Shown: positions 37,301-50,570 of the stretch, piece after piece
Numbering within the stretch: position 1 is the first letter of the stretch
How the letters are laid out: each line of letters begins with the position of its first letter
From: Hypanus sabinus
Taxonomy: Eukaryota
Assembly: GCF_030144855.1 (NCBI RefSeq)
Contig: NC_082710.1
Location: forward strand, 183,582,001-183,646,000
DNA length: 64,000 nucleotides
Direction of reading: 5' to 3'
Translations under genes and position numbers: made by a program
Notes under the pieces: generated by a model
Told to the model about the DNA's origin: nothing
What the model saw: only the letters and a program-made list of their open reading frames with translations
Database searches by the model: none

Positions 37301-40300
37301 CACTGCTGTCATCAGTCAGGAGGTACAGGAGCCTAGGAGTCCCACCACCCAGGCCGTGCTCTCGTCTCACTGCTGTCATCAGTCAGGAGGTACAGGAGCC
37401 TCAGGAGTCCCACCACCCAGGCCGTTCTCTCGTCTCACTGCTGTCATCAGTCAGGAGGTACAGGAGCCTAGGAGTCCCACCACACAGGCCGTGCTCTCGT
37501 CTCACTGCTGTCATCAGTCAGGAGGTACAGGAGCCTAGGAGTCCCACCACACAGGCCGTGCTCTCGTCTCACTGCTGTCATCAGTCAGGAGGTACAGGAG
37601 CCTAGGAGTCCCACCACCCAGGCCGTGCTCTCGTCTCACTGCTGTCACCTTCAGTCAGGAGGTACAGGAGCCTAGGAGTCCCACCACCCAGGCCGTGCTC
37701 TCGTCTCACTGCTGTCATCAGTCAGGAGGTACAGGAGCCTAGGAGTCCCACCACCCAGGCCGTGCTCTCGTCACACTGCTGTCATCAGTCAGGAGGTACA
37801 GGAGCCTAGGAGTCCCACCACCCAGGCCGTTCTCTCGTCTCACTGATGTCATCAGTCAGGAGGTACAGGAGCCTCAGGAGTCCCACCACCCAGGCCGTGC
37901 TCTTGTTTCACTGCTGTCAACTTCAGTCAGGAGGTAGAGGAGCCTAGGAGTCACACCACCCAGGCCGTGCTCTCTTCTCACTGCTGTCACCTTCAGTCAG
38001 GAGGTACAGGAGCCTAGGAGTCCCTCCACCCAGGCCGTGCTCTCGTCTCACTGCTGTCACCTTCAGTCAGGAGGTACAGGAGCCTCAGGAGTCCCACCAC
38101 CCAGGCCGTGCTCTTGTTTCACTGCTGTCAACTTCAGTCAGGAGGTAGAGGAGCCTAGGAGTCACACCACCCAGGCCGTGCTCTCGTCTCACTGCTGTCA
38201 CCTTCAGTCAGGAGGTACAGGAGCCTAGGAGTCCCACCACCCAGGCCGTGCTCTCGTCTCACTGCTGTCACCTTCAGTCAGGAGGTACAGGAGCCTAGGA
38301 GTCCCACCACCCAGGCCATGCTCTCGTCTCACTGCTGTCATCAGTCAGGAGGTACAGGAGCCTAGGAGTCCCACCACCCAGGCCGTGCTCTTGTCTCACT
38401 GCTGTCACATTCAGTCAGGAGGTACAGGAGCCTAGGAGTCCCACCACCCAGGCCATGCTCTCGTCTCACTGCTGTCATTAGGCAGGAGGTACAGGAGCCT
38501 AGGAGTCCCACCACCCAGGCCATGCTCTCGTCTCACTGCTGTCATCAGTCAGGAGGTACAGGAGCCTAGGAGTCCCACCACCCAGGCCGTGCTCTCGTCA
38601 CACTGCTGTCACCTTCAGTCAGGAGGTACAGGAGCCTCAGGAGTCCCACCACCCAGGCCGTGCTCTCGTCTCACTGCTGTCATCAGTCAGGAGGTACAGG
38701 AGCCTCAGGAGTCCCACCACCTAGGCCGTGCTCTCGTCTCACTGCTGTCACCTTCAGTCAGGAGGTACAGGAGCCTAGGAGTCCCACCACCCAGGCCGTT
38801 CTCTCTTCTCACTGCTGTCATCAGTCAGGAGGTACAGGAGCCTCAGGAGTCCCACCACCTAGGCCATGCTCTCGTCTCACTGCTGTCATCAGTCAGGAGG
38901 TACAGGAGCCTAGGAGTCCCACCACCCAGGCCGTGCTCTCGTCTCACTGCTGTCATCAGTCAGGAGGTACAGGAGCCTCAGGAGTCCCACCACCCAGGCC
39001 GTGCTCTCGTCTCACTGCTGTCACCTTCAGGCAGGAGGTACAGGAGCCTAGGAGTCCCACCACCCAGGCCGTTCTCTTGTCTCACTGCTGTCATCAGTCA
39101 GGAGGTACAGGAGCGTAGGAGTCCCACCACCCAGGCCGTGGTCTCGTCTCACTGCTGTCATCAGTCAGGAGGTACAGGAGCCTAGGAGTCCCACCACCCA
39201 GGCCGTGCTCTCGTCTCACTGCTGTCATCAGTCAGGAGGTAGAGGAGCCTAGGAGTCCCACCACCCAAGCCGTTCTCTCTTCTCACTGCTGTCATCAGTC
39301 AGGAGGTACAGGAGTCTCAGGAGTCCCACCACCCAGGCTGTGCTCTCGTCTCACTGCTGTCATCAGTCAGGAGGTACAGGAGCCTAGGAGTCCCACCACC
39401 CAGGCCGTTCTCTCGTCTCACTGCTGTCATCAGTCAGGAGGTACAGGAGCCTGGGAGTCCCACCACCCAGGCCGTGCTCTCGTCTCACTGCTGTCACCTT
39501 CAGTCAGGAGGTACAGGAGCCTAGGAGCCCCACCACCCAGGCCGTGCTCTCGTCTCACTGCTGTCATCAGTCAGGAGGTACAGGAGCCTAGGAGTCCCAC
39601 CACCCAGGCCGTGCTCTCGTCTCACTGCTGTCACCTTCAGTCAGGAGGTACAGGAGCCTAGGAGTCCCACCACCCAGGCCTTTCTCTCGTCTCACTGCTG
39701 TCATCAGTCAGGAGGTACAGGAGCCTAGGAGTCCCACCACCCAGGCCGTGCTCTCGTCTCACTGCTGTCACCTTCAGTCAGGAGGTACAGGAGCCTAGGA
39801 GTCCCACCACCCAGGCCGTGCTCTCGTCTCACTGCTGTCATCAGGCAGGAGGTACAGGAGCCTAGGAGTCCCACCACCCAGGCCGTGCTCTCGTCTCACT
39901 GCTGTCATCAGTCAGGAGGTACAGGAGCCTAGGAGTCCCACCACCCAGGCCGTGCTCTCGTCTCACTGCTGTCATCAGTCAGGAGGTAGAGGAGCCTAGG
40001 AGTCCCACCACCCAGGCCGTTCTCTCTTCTCACTGCTGTCATCAGTCAGGAGGTACAGGAGCCTCAGGAGTCCCACCACCCAGGCCGTGCTCTCGTCTCA
40101 CTGCTGTCACCTTCAGGCAGGAGGTACAGGAGCCTAGGAGTCCCACCACCCAGGCCGTGCTCTCGTCTCACTGCTGTCATCAGTCAGGACGTACAGGAGC
40201 CTAGGAGTCCCACCACCCAGGCCGTGCTCTCGTCTCACTGCTGTCACCTTCAGTCAGGAGGTACAGGAGCCTAGGAGCCCCACCACCCAGGCCGTGCTCT

Positions 40301-42135
40301 CGTCTCACTGCTGTCATCGGTCAGGAGGTACAGGAGCCTAGGAGTCCCACCACCTAGGCTGTGCTCTCGTCTCACTGCTGTCATCAGTCAGGAGGTACAG
40401 GAGCCTAGGAGTCCCACCACCCAGGCCGTGCTCTCGTCTCACTGCTGTCATCAGTCAGGAGGTACAGGAGCCTAGGAGTCCCACCACCCAGGCCGTGCTC
40501 TCGTCTCACTGCTGTCACCTTCAGTCAGGAGGTACAGGAGCCTAGGAGTCCCACCACCCAGGCCGTGCTCTCGTCTCACTGCTGTCATCAGTCAGGAGGT
40601 ACAGGAGCCTAGGAGCCCCACCACCCAGGCCGTGCTCTCGTCTCACTGCTGTCACCTTCAGTCAGGAGGTACAGGAGCCTAGGAGTCCCACCACCCAGGC
40701 CGTTCTCTCGTCTCACTGCTGTCATCAGTCAGGAGGTACAGGAGCCTAGGAGTCCCACCACCCAGGCCGTGCTCTCGTCTCACTGCTGTCACCTTCCGTC
40801 AGGAGGTACAGGAGCCTAGGAGTCCCACCACCCAGGCCGTGCTCTCGTCTCACTGCTGTCATCAGGCAGGAGGTACAGGAGCCTAGGAGTCCCACCACCC
40901 AGGCCGTGCTCTCGTCTCACTGCTGTCACCTTCAGTCAGGAGGTACAGGAGCCTCAGGAGTCCTACCACCCAGGCCGTGCTCTCGTCTCACTGCTGTCAT
41001 CAGTCAGGAGGTACAGGGGCCTCAGGAGTCCCACCACCCAGGCCGTGCTCTCGTCTCACTGCTGTCATCAGTCAGGAGGTACAGGAGCCTAGGAGTCCCA
41101 CCACCCAGGCCGTGCTCTCGTCTCACTGCTGTCATCAGGCAGGAGGTACAGGAGCCTAGGAGTCCCACCACCCAGGCCGTGCTCTCGTCTCACTGCTGTC
41201 ACCTTCAGTCAGGAGGTACAGGAGCCTCAGGAGTCCCACCACCCACGCCGTGCTCTCGTCTCACTGCTGTTATCAGTCAGGAGGTACAGGAGCCTAGGAG
41301 TCCCACCACCCAGGCCGTGCTCTCGTCTCACTGCTGTCATCAGTCAGGAGGTACAGGAGCCTAGGAGTCCCACCACCCAGGCCGTGCTCTCGTCTCACTG
41401 CTGTCATCAGGCAGGAGGTACAGGAGCCTAGGAGTCCCACCACCCAGGCCGTGCTCTCGTCTCACTGCTGTCACCTTCAGTCAGGAGGTACAGGAGCCTC
41501 AGGAGTCCCACCACCCACGCCGTGCTCTCGTCTCACTGCTGTCACCTTCAGTCAGGAGGTACAGGAGCCTCAGGAGTCCCACCACCCAGGCCGTGCTCTC
41601 GTCTCACTGCTGTCATCAGTCAGGAGGTACAGGGGCCTCAGGAGTCCCACCACCCAGGCCGTGCTCTCGTCTCACTGCTGTCATCAGTCAGGAGGTACAG
41701 GAGCCTAGGAGTCCCACCACCCAGGCCGTGCTCTCGTCTCACTGCTGTCATCAGGCAGGAGGTACAGGAGCCTAGGAGTCCCACCACCCAGGCCGTGCTC
41801 TCGTCTCACTGCTGTCATCAGGCAGGAGGTACAGGAGCCTAGGAGTCCCACCACCCAGGCCGTGCTCTCGTCTCACTGCTGTCACCTTCAGTCAGGAGGT
41901 ACAGGAGCCTCAGGAGTCCCACCACCCACGCCGTGCTCTCGTCTCACTGCTGTTATCAGTCAGGAGGTACAGGAGCCTAGGAGTCCCACCACCCAGGCCG
42001 TGCTCTCGTCTGACTGCTGTCACCTTCAGTCACGAGGTACAGGAGCCTCAGGAGTCCCACCACCCAGGCTGTGCTCTCGTCTCACTGCTGTCACCTTTAG
42101 TCAGGAGGTACAGGAGCCTCAGGAAACCCACCACC
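34354..42135 (+). repeat. Large minisatellite, 67-71-bp unit x about 114, derived from a Rex1/Babar-like LINE ORF2 3' end
   Basis: Unit ggagtcccaccacccaggccgtgctctcgtctcactgctgtcatcagtcaggaggtacaggagccta corresponds to the HHPGHALFSLLPSGRRYRSL segment. LINE sequence resumes after it (aagttcaggaacggttatt). Confidence 0.95.
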
Positions 42136-42670
42136 AAGTTCAGGAACGGTTATTAATCCCTCAGTCATTGGGCTCTTGAACCAGAGGGAATAACTTCACC
42201 CGTTCCATCACTGAACTGTTCCCACAACCTATGGACTCACTTTCAAGGACTCTTCATCTCAGTTTCTCGATATTTATTGCTAATTTATTATTGTTTTTCT
42301 CTCTTTTTGTATTGGCAGTTTGTTGTCTTTTGCACACGAGTTGTCTGTCTGTCTTGTTAGATATAGTCTTTTACTGATTCTGTTATTTTTCTTTGTATTT
42401 ACTGTGAAGGGCCACAGGAAAATGAATCTCAGGGTTGTACCTGGTGACACACGAGAACTTTGATAATAAACTTACTTTGAACTGAATGCACACCCCCTGT
42501 TCCCCATGACGAACACACCCCCATGATGGCACCCCCTCCTCCCCTCCCCCTGTGGCATTCCCACACTCCGCTCTCCCCACCTCCAGCCCTTCCTGCAATC
42601 GGAAGCCCACCAGGTCATGACTGTGCTGAAATATTGGGTCAACTCGAGTTATCAATAACACGGCACTCAC

Positions 42671-42697
42671 CTGCAGCATCAATGACTCTCTCTGCGG
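42671..42697 (-). CDS. Gene A micro-exon, 27 nt: (A)AERVIDAA
   Basis: tttctttgtgttttcag|CCGCAGAGAGAGTCATTGATGCTGCAG|gtgagt; phase 1-1, open frame. Confidence 0.85.
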
Positions 42698-44079
42698 CTG
42701 AAAACACAAAGAAACCAGAGTTGAACTATCTCCAAACCAACCAGCTCAGCCAAGGGTACACAAGCCCCACCCGTAAGCACCTCTGTCATGCTGAAGGGTT
42801 TGGTAGGATGACAGTGAAATGTGCTCATTTGTATTAACGGCCAACATAGTCCGAGGATTCTGCTGGGCAGTTCGTGAGTAAAGCCACTCTTCCAGTGCCA
42901 ACGTAGCATGCCCACAGCTACACGAGCCCTAACCCGTGGGAATGTGGGAGGAAACCCACACGGTCACAATATGAACGTACCAGCTCCTGATAGACAGCGG
43001 TGGGAATCGGACCCCACTGCAAAGCATTACGCTAACTGCCACACTGGGTGAATCAGTGTCAGACAGCCGTTCCTTCACTCCCTCCACCATGGCGGTGCAA
43101 ATGCTTCAGATTTCTCACAATGAGACGGCAGCTCGGCAGACCTAACGCTTCCTGTCTAGAACGTGGACCAGTACAGCACAGGAACAGGCCATTTGGGCCA
43201 CACTGTTAAGCCGATCCAATTGAATTAGTAAACAAAAGGGGCAACCTAACTATTCCCTTCTGCCTACACAATGTCCATATCCCTCCATTTTCCTCACATT
43301 CGTGTGCCTGTCCAAACAGCTTTTAAAGTCTCCAATGTACCTGCCTCTCCCACCCCAGGCACCCACTCTCTGTGTAAAAAACAACCTTGCCCCTCACATC
43401 TCCTTTGAAATTTCCCCTTCTCAGCTTAAATGATATTAGGCATAGAAAAAGATACTGTCTGCTTCATCTATGCCTTGCCTAATCTTATAAACCTGCACCA
43501 GTTCTCTCAGCCTCTGTTGATGAAGTGAAACCAACCTAAATTTGACAACCTCTCGTTATAATCCAGGCAGAATCAAGGGCAACCTCCTGCACCCTCTCCA
43601 AGGACTCGACATCTTTTCCATAATGCGGCTAATAGAGTTTTACAATGCTGGAGTTGACAGTGAGGGCTCAGGGTCACTTAATTCAGCTTCTGTCTGTGCG
43701 GCATGAGAAAGAGGATCCTCAGTTGCGATGTGGAATTCCCCTCAACCCAAGACAGAACTGCCACTGTAATGGAGCTGTTCCTGGTTCACACCAGACCAAC
43801 AGAGGAGAGATGATGGCCAAACGCACCCCATTCACCCCAAACTACAGACTCCTTGTGAGCAGAGAGGAGGGTGGTGGAACAGTAGGATCCTGGGGTTCAT
43901 GTCCACAGATCCCTCCAAATTGATGAGCAAGTTGATAGGGTTGTTAAGACGTATCGTGTCTTGGCCCTCGTCGTTGGTGGATTGAACTCAAAGAGCAAAT
44001 AATGTTGCAGCTCTAAAAAACCCCCATTAGGCAACACTTGTAATACAGTTCAGTTCCAGTCATTTCACTATAGGAACGT

Positions 44080-45809
44080 TTAGAGAGGGTGCAGAGGAGA
44101 TTCACCAGGATGCTGCCTGGATTAGAGAGGGTGCAGAGGAGATTCACCAGGATGCTGTCTGGATTAGAGAGGGTGCAGAGGAGATTCACTAGGATGCTGT
44201 CTGGATTAGAGAGGGTGCAGAGGAGATTCACCAGGATGCTGTCTGGATTAGAGAGGGTGCTGAGGAGATTCACCAGGATGCTGTCTGGATTAGAGAGGGT
44301 GCAGAGGAGATTCACCAGGATGCTGCCTGGATTAGAGAGGGTGCAGAGGAGATTCACCAGGATGCTGTCTGGATTAGAGAGGGTGCAGAGGAGATTGATC
44401 AGGATGCTGCCTGGATTAGAGAGGGTGTAGAGGAGATTGACCAGGATGCTGCCTGGATTAGAGAGGGTGCAGAGGAGATTGACCAGGATGCTGTCTGGAT
44501 TAGAGAGGGTGCAGAGAAGATTCACCAGGATGCTGCCTGGATTAGAGAGGGTGTAGAGGATATTCACCAGGATGCTGTCTGGATTAGAGAGGGTGCAGAG
44601 GAGATTTACCAGGATGCTGCCTGGATTAGAGAGGGTGCAGAGGAGATTCACCAGGATGCTGTCTGGATTAGAGAGGGTGCAGAGGAGATTCACCAGGATG
44701 CTGCCTGAATTAGAGAGGATGCAGAGGAGATTCACCAGGATGCTGCCTGGATTAGAGAGGATGCAGAGGAGATTCACCAGGATGCTGTCTGGATTAGAGA
44801 GGGTGCAGAGGAGATTCACCAGGATGCTGTCTGGATTAGAGAGGGTGCAGAGGAGATTCACCAGGATGCTGCCTGGATTAGAGAGGGTGCAGAGGAGATT
44901 CACCAGGATGCTGCCTGGATTAGAGAGGGTGCAGAGGAGATTCACCAGGATGCTGTCTGGATTAGAGAGGGTGCAGAGGAGATTCACCAGGATGCTGTCT
45001 GGATTAGAGAGGGTGCAGAGGAGATTCACCAGGATGCTGCCTGGATTAGAGAGGGTGCAGAGGAGATTCACCAGGATGCTGTCTGGATTAGAGAGGGTGC
45101 AGAGGAGATTCACCAGGATGCTGTCTGGATTAGAGAGGGTGCAGAGGAGATTCACCAGGATGCTGTCTGGATTAGAGAGGGTGCAGAGGAGATTCACCAG
45201 GATGCTGTCTGGATTAGAGAGGGTGCTGAGGAGATTCACCAGGATGCTGTCTGGATTAGAGAGGGTGCAGAGGAGATTCACCAGGATGCTGCCTGGATTA
45301 GAGAGGGTGCAGAGGAGATTTACCAGGATGCTGCCTGAATTAGAGAGGATGCAGAGGAGATTCACCAGGATGCTGCCTGGATTAGAGAGGATGCAGAGGA
45401 GATTCACCAGGATGCTGCCTGGATTAGAGAGGGTGCAGAGGAGATTCACCAGGATGCTGTCTGGATTAGAGAGGGTGCAGAGGAGATTGATCAGGATGCT
45501 GCCTGGATTAGAGAGGGTGTAGAGGAGATTGACCAGGATGCTGCCTGGATTAGAGAGGGTGCAGAGGAGATTGTCCAGGATGCTGTCTGGATTAGAGAGG
45601 GTGCAGAGAAGATTCACCAGGATGCTGCCTGGATTAGAGAGGGTGCAGAGGAGATTCACTAGGATGCCGCCTGGATTAGAGAGGGTGTAGAGGATATTCA
45701 CCAGGATGCTGTCTGGATTAGAGAGGGTGCAGAGGAGATTCACCAGGATGCTGCCTGGATTAGAGAGGGTGCAGAGGAGATTCACCAGGATGCTGCCTGG
45801 ATTAGAGAG
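44080..45809 (+). repeat. Minisatellite, 42-bp unit x about 41, derived from CR1 ORF2 ([14 protein letters not shown])
   Basis: Unit gagagggtgcagaggagattcaccaggatgctgcctggatta, embedded in a CR1 fragment spanning about 43920-46110. Confidence 0.95.
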
Positions 45810-46448
45810 CAGGTCCTATGAGGCCAGGTTGAGTGAGTTAGGGCTTTTCTCTTTGAAGCAAAGGAGGATGAGGTGACTTTGTAAAGACGATAAGAGACAT
45901 AGGTTGAGCTAGAGACTTTTCTCGCAGGGTGGAAAGGACTAATACGAGAGGGTATAATTTCACAGTGATCGGATGAATGTATGGAGGGATGGGTAAGAAT
46001 GGATGACATTAAAAAATGGAGGGCAACGTGGAATGTCAGAGATCTTAAGAGTAGTTTAAAAGATCAGCACAAGGCTGACGGGTTGTACTGTGCTGTACTG
46101 TTCTACGTTCTGAATATACCCTTCCCAGGGCGCACAGCACTACACACTCTGTTAGCGGGAGGGGAGTGAAGACAGACACTTTCACTTTGTGGAAAGTGCA
46201 GTGTGTCATTGACCAGATATCAGCTTTGGATATGGCAGATGGACATCGGTCCAGCACTGGCCCGCGGAGAAATCCTCCCACCCACCAGGTCTTTAGAACT
46301 GACATCTCTGGACATACTGTCTCCATCGAAGATGGCTCTGTCACTTCAAGTTCCAGAGCTTAGTGTGGGGGTTTGTTCTCAGTTCCAAAGAGAGAAGCAG
46401 AGTGTCCCACTGCAGGCCAGCGACAGTCTGGCCTGTTTGAGACCTTAC

Positions 46449-46475
46449 CTGCTGTGGACAGCATCTGCTCCAGAT
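46449..46475 (-). CDS. Gene A micro-exon, 27 nt: (D)LEQMLSTA
   Basis: atctcttttgttacag|ATCTGGAGCAGATGCTGTCCACAGCAG|gtaagg; phase 1-1. Confidence 0.85.
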
Positions 46476-47034
46476 CTGTAACAAAAGAGATGAGATTTCG
46501 GTTAACGAAACACCAGATTGTTAATGGCTCTGCACAAGCTTGGTCAGCTCTGCTCCATCACAGAGGGCTGTCTCCACCCTGGCTTTGTGCCCTTCTCACT
46601 GCTGCACCAGGCTCAGGAAGGGTAACTATCAGGCTCCTGAGCTGGTGTGGATAACTTCACTCAGCTCAACACTGAGCTGATTCCACAATCTACAGACTCA
46701 CCTCAACTCTTGTTCTCAGTATTATTTATTTACTTCATTATCCTTTGCACAACTCGTCTTCTTTTGCATGTTGGCCATCAGTCTTTGTTATTTATAAATT
46801 TTCATTAATTCTTTAGTTCCTTATTCTCCTGTGAATGCCCGCAAGAAAAAGAATCTCGGGGTTTACGTGGTGACGCTGACAATAAACCTATGTTGAACTC
46901 TGAAGCAGAAACGGGCCGACACGAACACATTCTGTCCACTCATGACATTGCCCAGTCCAGGCACTGCTGCCAAAGTCTTCCCTTTCCCACTCAAACATCT
47001 GCATGAAACACCCTCAGGGTGGAGTTTGTGTAGA

Positions 47035-47700
47035 TATGGGGGGTGGGGTGAGGGAGAGAGAGGTGTGTGGAGGGAGAGGTGGGGGTGAGAGAGGTTTGTG
47101 GAGGGAGTGATGAGGTGGGGAGAGAGGGGGTTGTGGGGGAGATGGGGTGTGAGGGAGAGAGGGGAGGGGTGAGGGGGAGGGGAGACAGGGGTGTAAGGGG
47201 GAGAGGGAGAGGGGGTGGGGAAAGAGGAGGTGTGAGGGAGAGGGGGTTGTGGGGGAGAGGGGGTGTGAAGGGTGGTGGGTTAAGGGAGGAAGAGAGGGGT
47301 GGGGTGAGGGAGCGAGAGGAGTAAGGGGGGGGTGAGGGAGAGAGAGGAGTGAGGGGGGTGAGGGAGAGGGTGGTGAGGGGGATGGGGGTTTGAGGGAGGG
47401 GGGCTGATGGAGAGAGGGGGTGTGTGACAGAGAGAGGGGGTGTGTGACAGAGAGAGGGGGGCTGAGGGAGAAGGGGTGTGTGACGGAGAGAGGGGGTGTG
47501 TGACAGAGAGGGGGGCTGAGGGAGAAGGGGTGTGTGACGGAGAGAGGGGGTGTGTGACAGAGAGAGGGGGTGTGTGACAGAGAGAGGGGGTGTGTGACAG
47601 AGAGAGGGGGGCTGAGGGAGAAGGGGTGTGTGACAGAGAGAGGGGGGCTGAGGGAGAAGGGGTGTGTGACGGAGAGAGGGGGTGTGTGACGGAGAGAGAT
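47035..47700 (+). repeat. G/A-rich low-complexity tract grading into short gagagagggggtgtgtgaca repeats
   Basis: Visible purine-rich periodic sequence. Confidence 0.85.
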
Positions 47701-48519
47701 AGATGTTGGGGAGAGAAGAGGGCTTCACAGTTTCAGTGTCTTGATTTTGGGCAGTATTCAAACCGCGAAGTTCAAAATACGTATTTGTTACCAAAGCGTG
47801 TATACTCTACACAACCTGAGGTTCATCTTCCTGCTGGCAGCCATAAAACAAATAAACTCAATGGAACTCATGGGAAAAACACAACAAAGACTGTCAAAAC
47901 CATCTGTGCAAAAAAAAAGAGCAAATTTTGCAAACAATTAAAAGAAAAGTGAACAAATAACCAACACAACGTGAACCGCAGAGTCTCCAAAAGTGAGGCT
48001 AGAGACACGGAGCCAGTCCAGGGACCCGATGGCTGCAGGCCGCAGTGGCATAGTCTCAAAGGTCCTGCTTCCAGATCTTCCCCGAGTGACTCCAATTTCC
48101 TCCCACAGTCTTCATAAATGAAAGCAGCTGGGATGTTCTGTTGACGTTGGTGATGCTGGTGAGGCCTAATTTAGAGTATTTTGTGGAGCTATATCACCTA
48201 CTTACAGGAAATATGTCAATAAGTGAGAGAGTACAGAAGGTGTTTATGAGGAGGTTGCAGGGACTTCAGGAGCTGAGTCACAGGAGAAGGCTGGATGGGT
48301 TAGGACATCATGTTGTACTCCCCAATCAGGGCCAGCCACAAGTTCCAAGAATCATCTCCCAAGAAATCAGGAGCAAAATCAGAGACAATACAGGAAGAAA
48401 ATTAAATTGGGTTAACATATGAGGAGCTTTTGATGTATCTGGTCCTGTACTCACTGGAGTTTACAAGAATGAGGAGGGAGGGGGAATCATTGAAACATTA
48501 TCGAATACTGGAAGTTCTA

Positions 48520-49549
48520 GATAGAGTGGATGTGGAGAGGATGTTTCCTATAGTGGGGGAGTCTAGGTTCAGAGGACACAGATAGATTGGATGTGGAGAG
48601 GATGTTTCAATAGTGGGGGAGTCTAGGACCAGAGGACACAGATAGAGTGGATGTGGAGAGGATGTTTCCTATAGTGGGGGAAGTCTAGGACCAGAGGACA
48701 CAGATAGAGAGTGGATGTGGAGAGGATGTTTCCTATAGTGGGGGAGTCTAGGACCAGAGGGCACAGATAGAGTGGATGTGGAGAGGATGTTTCAATAGTG
48801 GGGGAGTCTAGGACCAGAGGACACAGATAGAGTGGATGTGGAGAGGATGTTTCCTATAGTGGGGGAGTCTAGGACCAGAGGGCACAGATAGAGTGGATGT
48901 GGAGAGGATGTTTCAATAGTGGGGGAGTCTAGGACCAGAGGACACAGATAGAGTGGATGTGGAGAGGATGTTTCCTATAGTGGGGGAGTCTAGGACCAGA
49001 GGACACAGATAGAGAGTGGATGTGGAGAGGATGTTTCCTATAGTGGGGGAGTCTAGGACCAGAGGGCACAGATAGAGTGGATGTGGAGAGGATGTTTCAA
49101 TAGTGGGGGAGTCTAGGACCAGAGGACACAGATAGAGTGGATGTGGAGAGGATGTTTCCTATAGTGGGGGAGTCTAGGACCAGAGGGCACAGATAGAGTG
49201 GATGTGGAGAGGATGTTTCAATAGTGGGGGAGTCTAGGACCAGAGGACACAGATAGAGTGGATGTGGAGAGGATGTTTCCTATAGTGGGGGAGTCTAGGA
49301 CCAGAGGACACAGATAGAGTGGACGTGGAGAGGATGTTTCCTATAGTGGGGGAGTCTAGGACCAGAGGACACAGATAGAGTGGATGTGGAGAGGATGTTT
49401 CCTATAGTGGGGGAGTCTAGGACCAGAGGACACAGAGTGGATGTGGAGAGGATGATTGCTATAGTGGGGGTCTAGGACCAGAGGGCACAGATAGAATGGA
49501 TGTGGAGAGGATGATTGCTATAGTGGGGGAATCTAGGACCAGAGGACAG
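48520..49549 (+). repeat. Minisatellite, same 61-bp CR1-derived unit x about 17
   Basis: Same unit and same junction as 7401-8071, embedded in a CR1 fragment spanning about 48130-49830. Confidence 0.95.
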
Positions 49550-49861
49550 AGCCTCAGAATGGAGGGACATCCATTTAAAACAGAGATGAGGAGGAGTTTC
49601 TTTAGCCAGAGGGTGGTGAATCTGTGGAATTCATTGCCACAGACAGCTGTGGGGGCAGTCATTAAGTGTATTTAGACAAGAGGTTAATAGGTTCTTGATT
49701 AGTCAGGGCATCAAAGGTTATGGGGAGGAAGCAGGAGAATGGGGTTGAGATGGATAATAAATCATTCATGACAGAACAGCAGAACAGACTCGATGGGCTG
49801 AATGGCCTTATTCTGCTCCTATGTCTTCAACCATTCCCCACACTGGTCAAGAGCAACTTAC

Positions 49862-49882
49862 CATAATTATTCTTGGCATTTT
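49862..49882 (-). CDS. Gene A micro-exon, 21 nt: (E)NAKNNY
   Basis: ctttttctttgtttcattccag|AAAATGCCAAGAATAATTATG|gtaagt; phase 1-1. Confidence 0.85.
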
Positions 49883-50336
49883 CTGGAATGAAACAAAGAA
49901 AAAGAACAATTAATTCCATTGTGATCATTAGAGAGGAGAAATGCTGTATGGAACTTGACAAACAATTAGCTTTTCATTGACCAGCCTGGATGCACATTCC
50001 CACACTGGCACTGGCAGGAGGTACAGGAGGCTCAGGACTCTCGCCACCAGGGTCAGGAACAGTTACCATTCCTCAATTATCAGGCTCTTCAACTAGAGGG
50101 GGTAACCTCACTCGCCCCATCACTGAAATGTTCACACAACTTATGGACTCACTTTTGAGGACTCTTCATCTCATGTTCTCGGTATTTATTGCTTATTTAT
50201 TAATTATGATAAATACTTTGAGATTCCAGCCAATCAGATAATGGGATTGGCTAGGTCAAGGACACGAGTGGCATGGACTCTGAGGCAAAGGGCCTGTATC
50301 CACATTCTATTGATGTACGACCGCAGTTAGGTTGAC

Positions 50337-50570
50337 GGGCACGGTAGTTTGATGGGCCAGCTATCACTGATCAGGGTTCGATTCGCACCTCTGTCTGAAA
50401 GGAGTTTGTCATGTACTCCCCATGACCATGTTGGTTTCCTCTGGGTGCTCTGGTTTCCTCCCACGGTCCAAAGACGTACAGGTTAACATCAGTAAGTTGC
50501 GGGCATGCTATGGTGGCACCAGAAGCAAGATGGCTGCCCCGGCACATCCTTGTACTGTGTTGGTTGTTAA
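50337..50570 (+). mobile_element. tRNA-derived V-SINE-like element
   Basis: B-box-like ggttcgattc plus core gtttcctctgggtgctctggtttcctcccac. Related copies lie at about 56030-56260 (+) and 42880-43050 (-). Confidence 0.65.

Noticed and set aside
34442-42179. Many ORFs with HHPGR / SSHCCH repeats resembling metal-binding proteins
   Set aside because: Frames of the 67-71-bp LINE-derived satellite.
44013-45785. 590-aa LRR-looking ORF ([14 protein letters not shown])n, and its counterparts at 61944-63526
   Set aside because: Antisense translation of the 42-bp CR1-derived array. It stays open only because 42 is a multiple of 3.
46680-46710. GTGAGT donor-like site on the minus strand
   Set aside because: Part of a dispersed repeat also present at about 42230 and 50145, with no matching acceptor.
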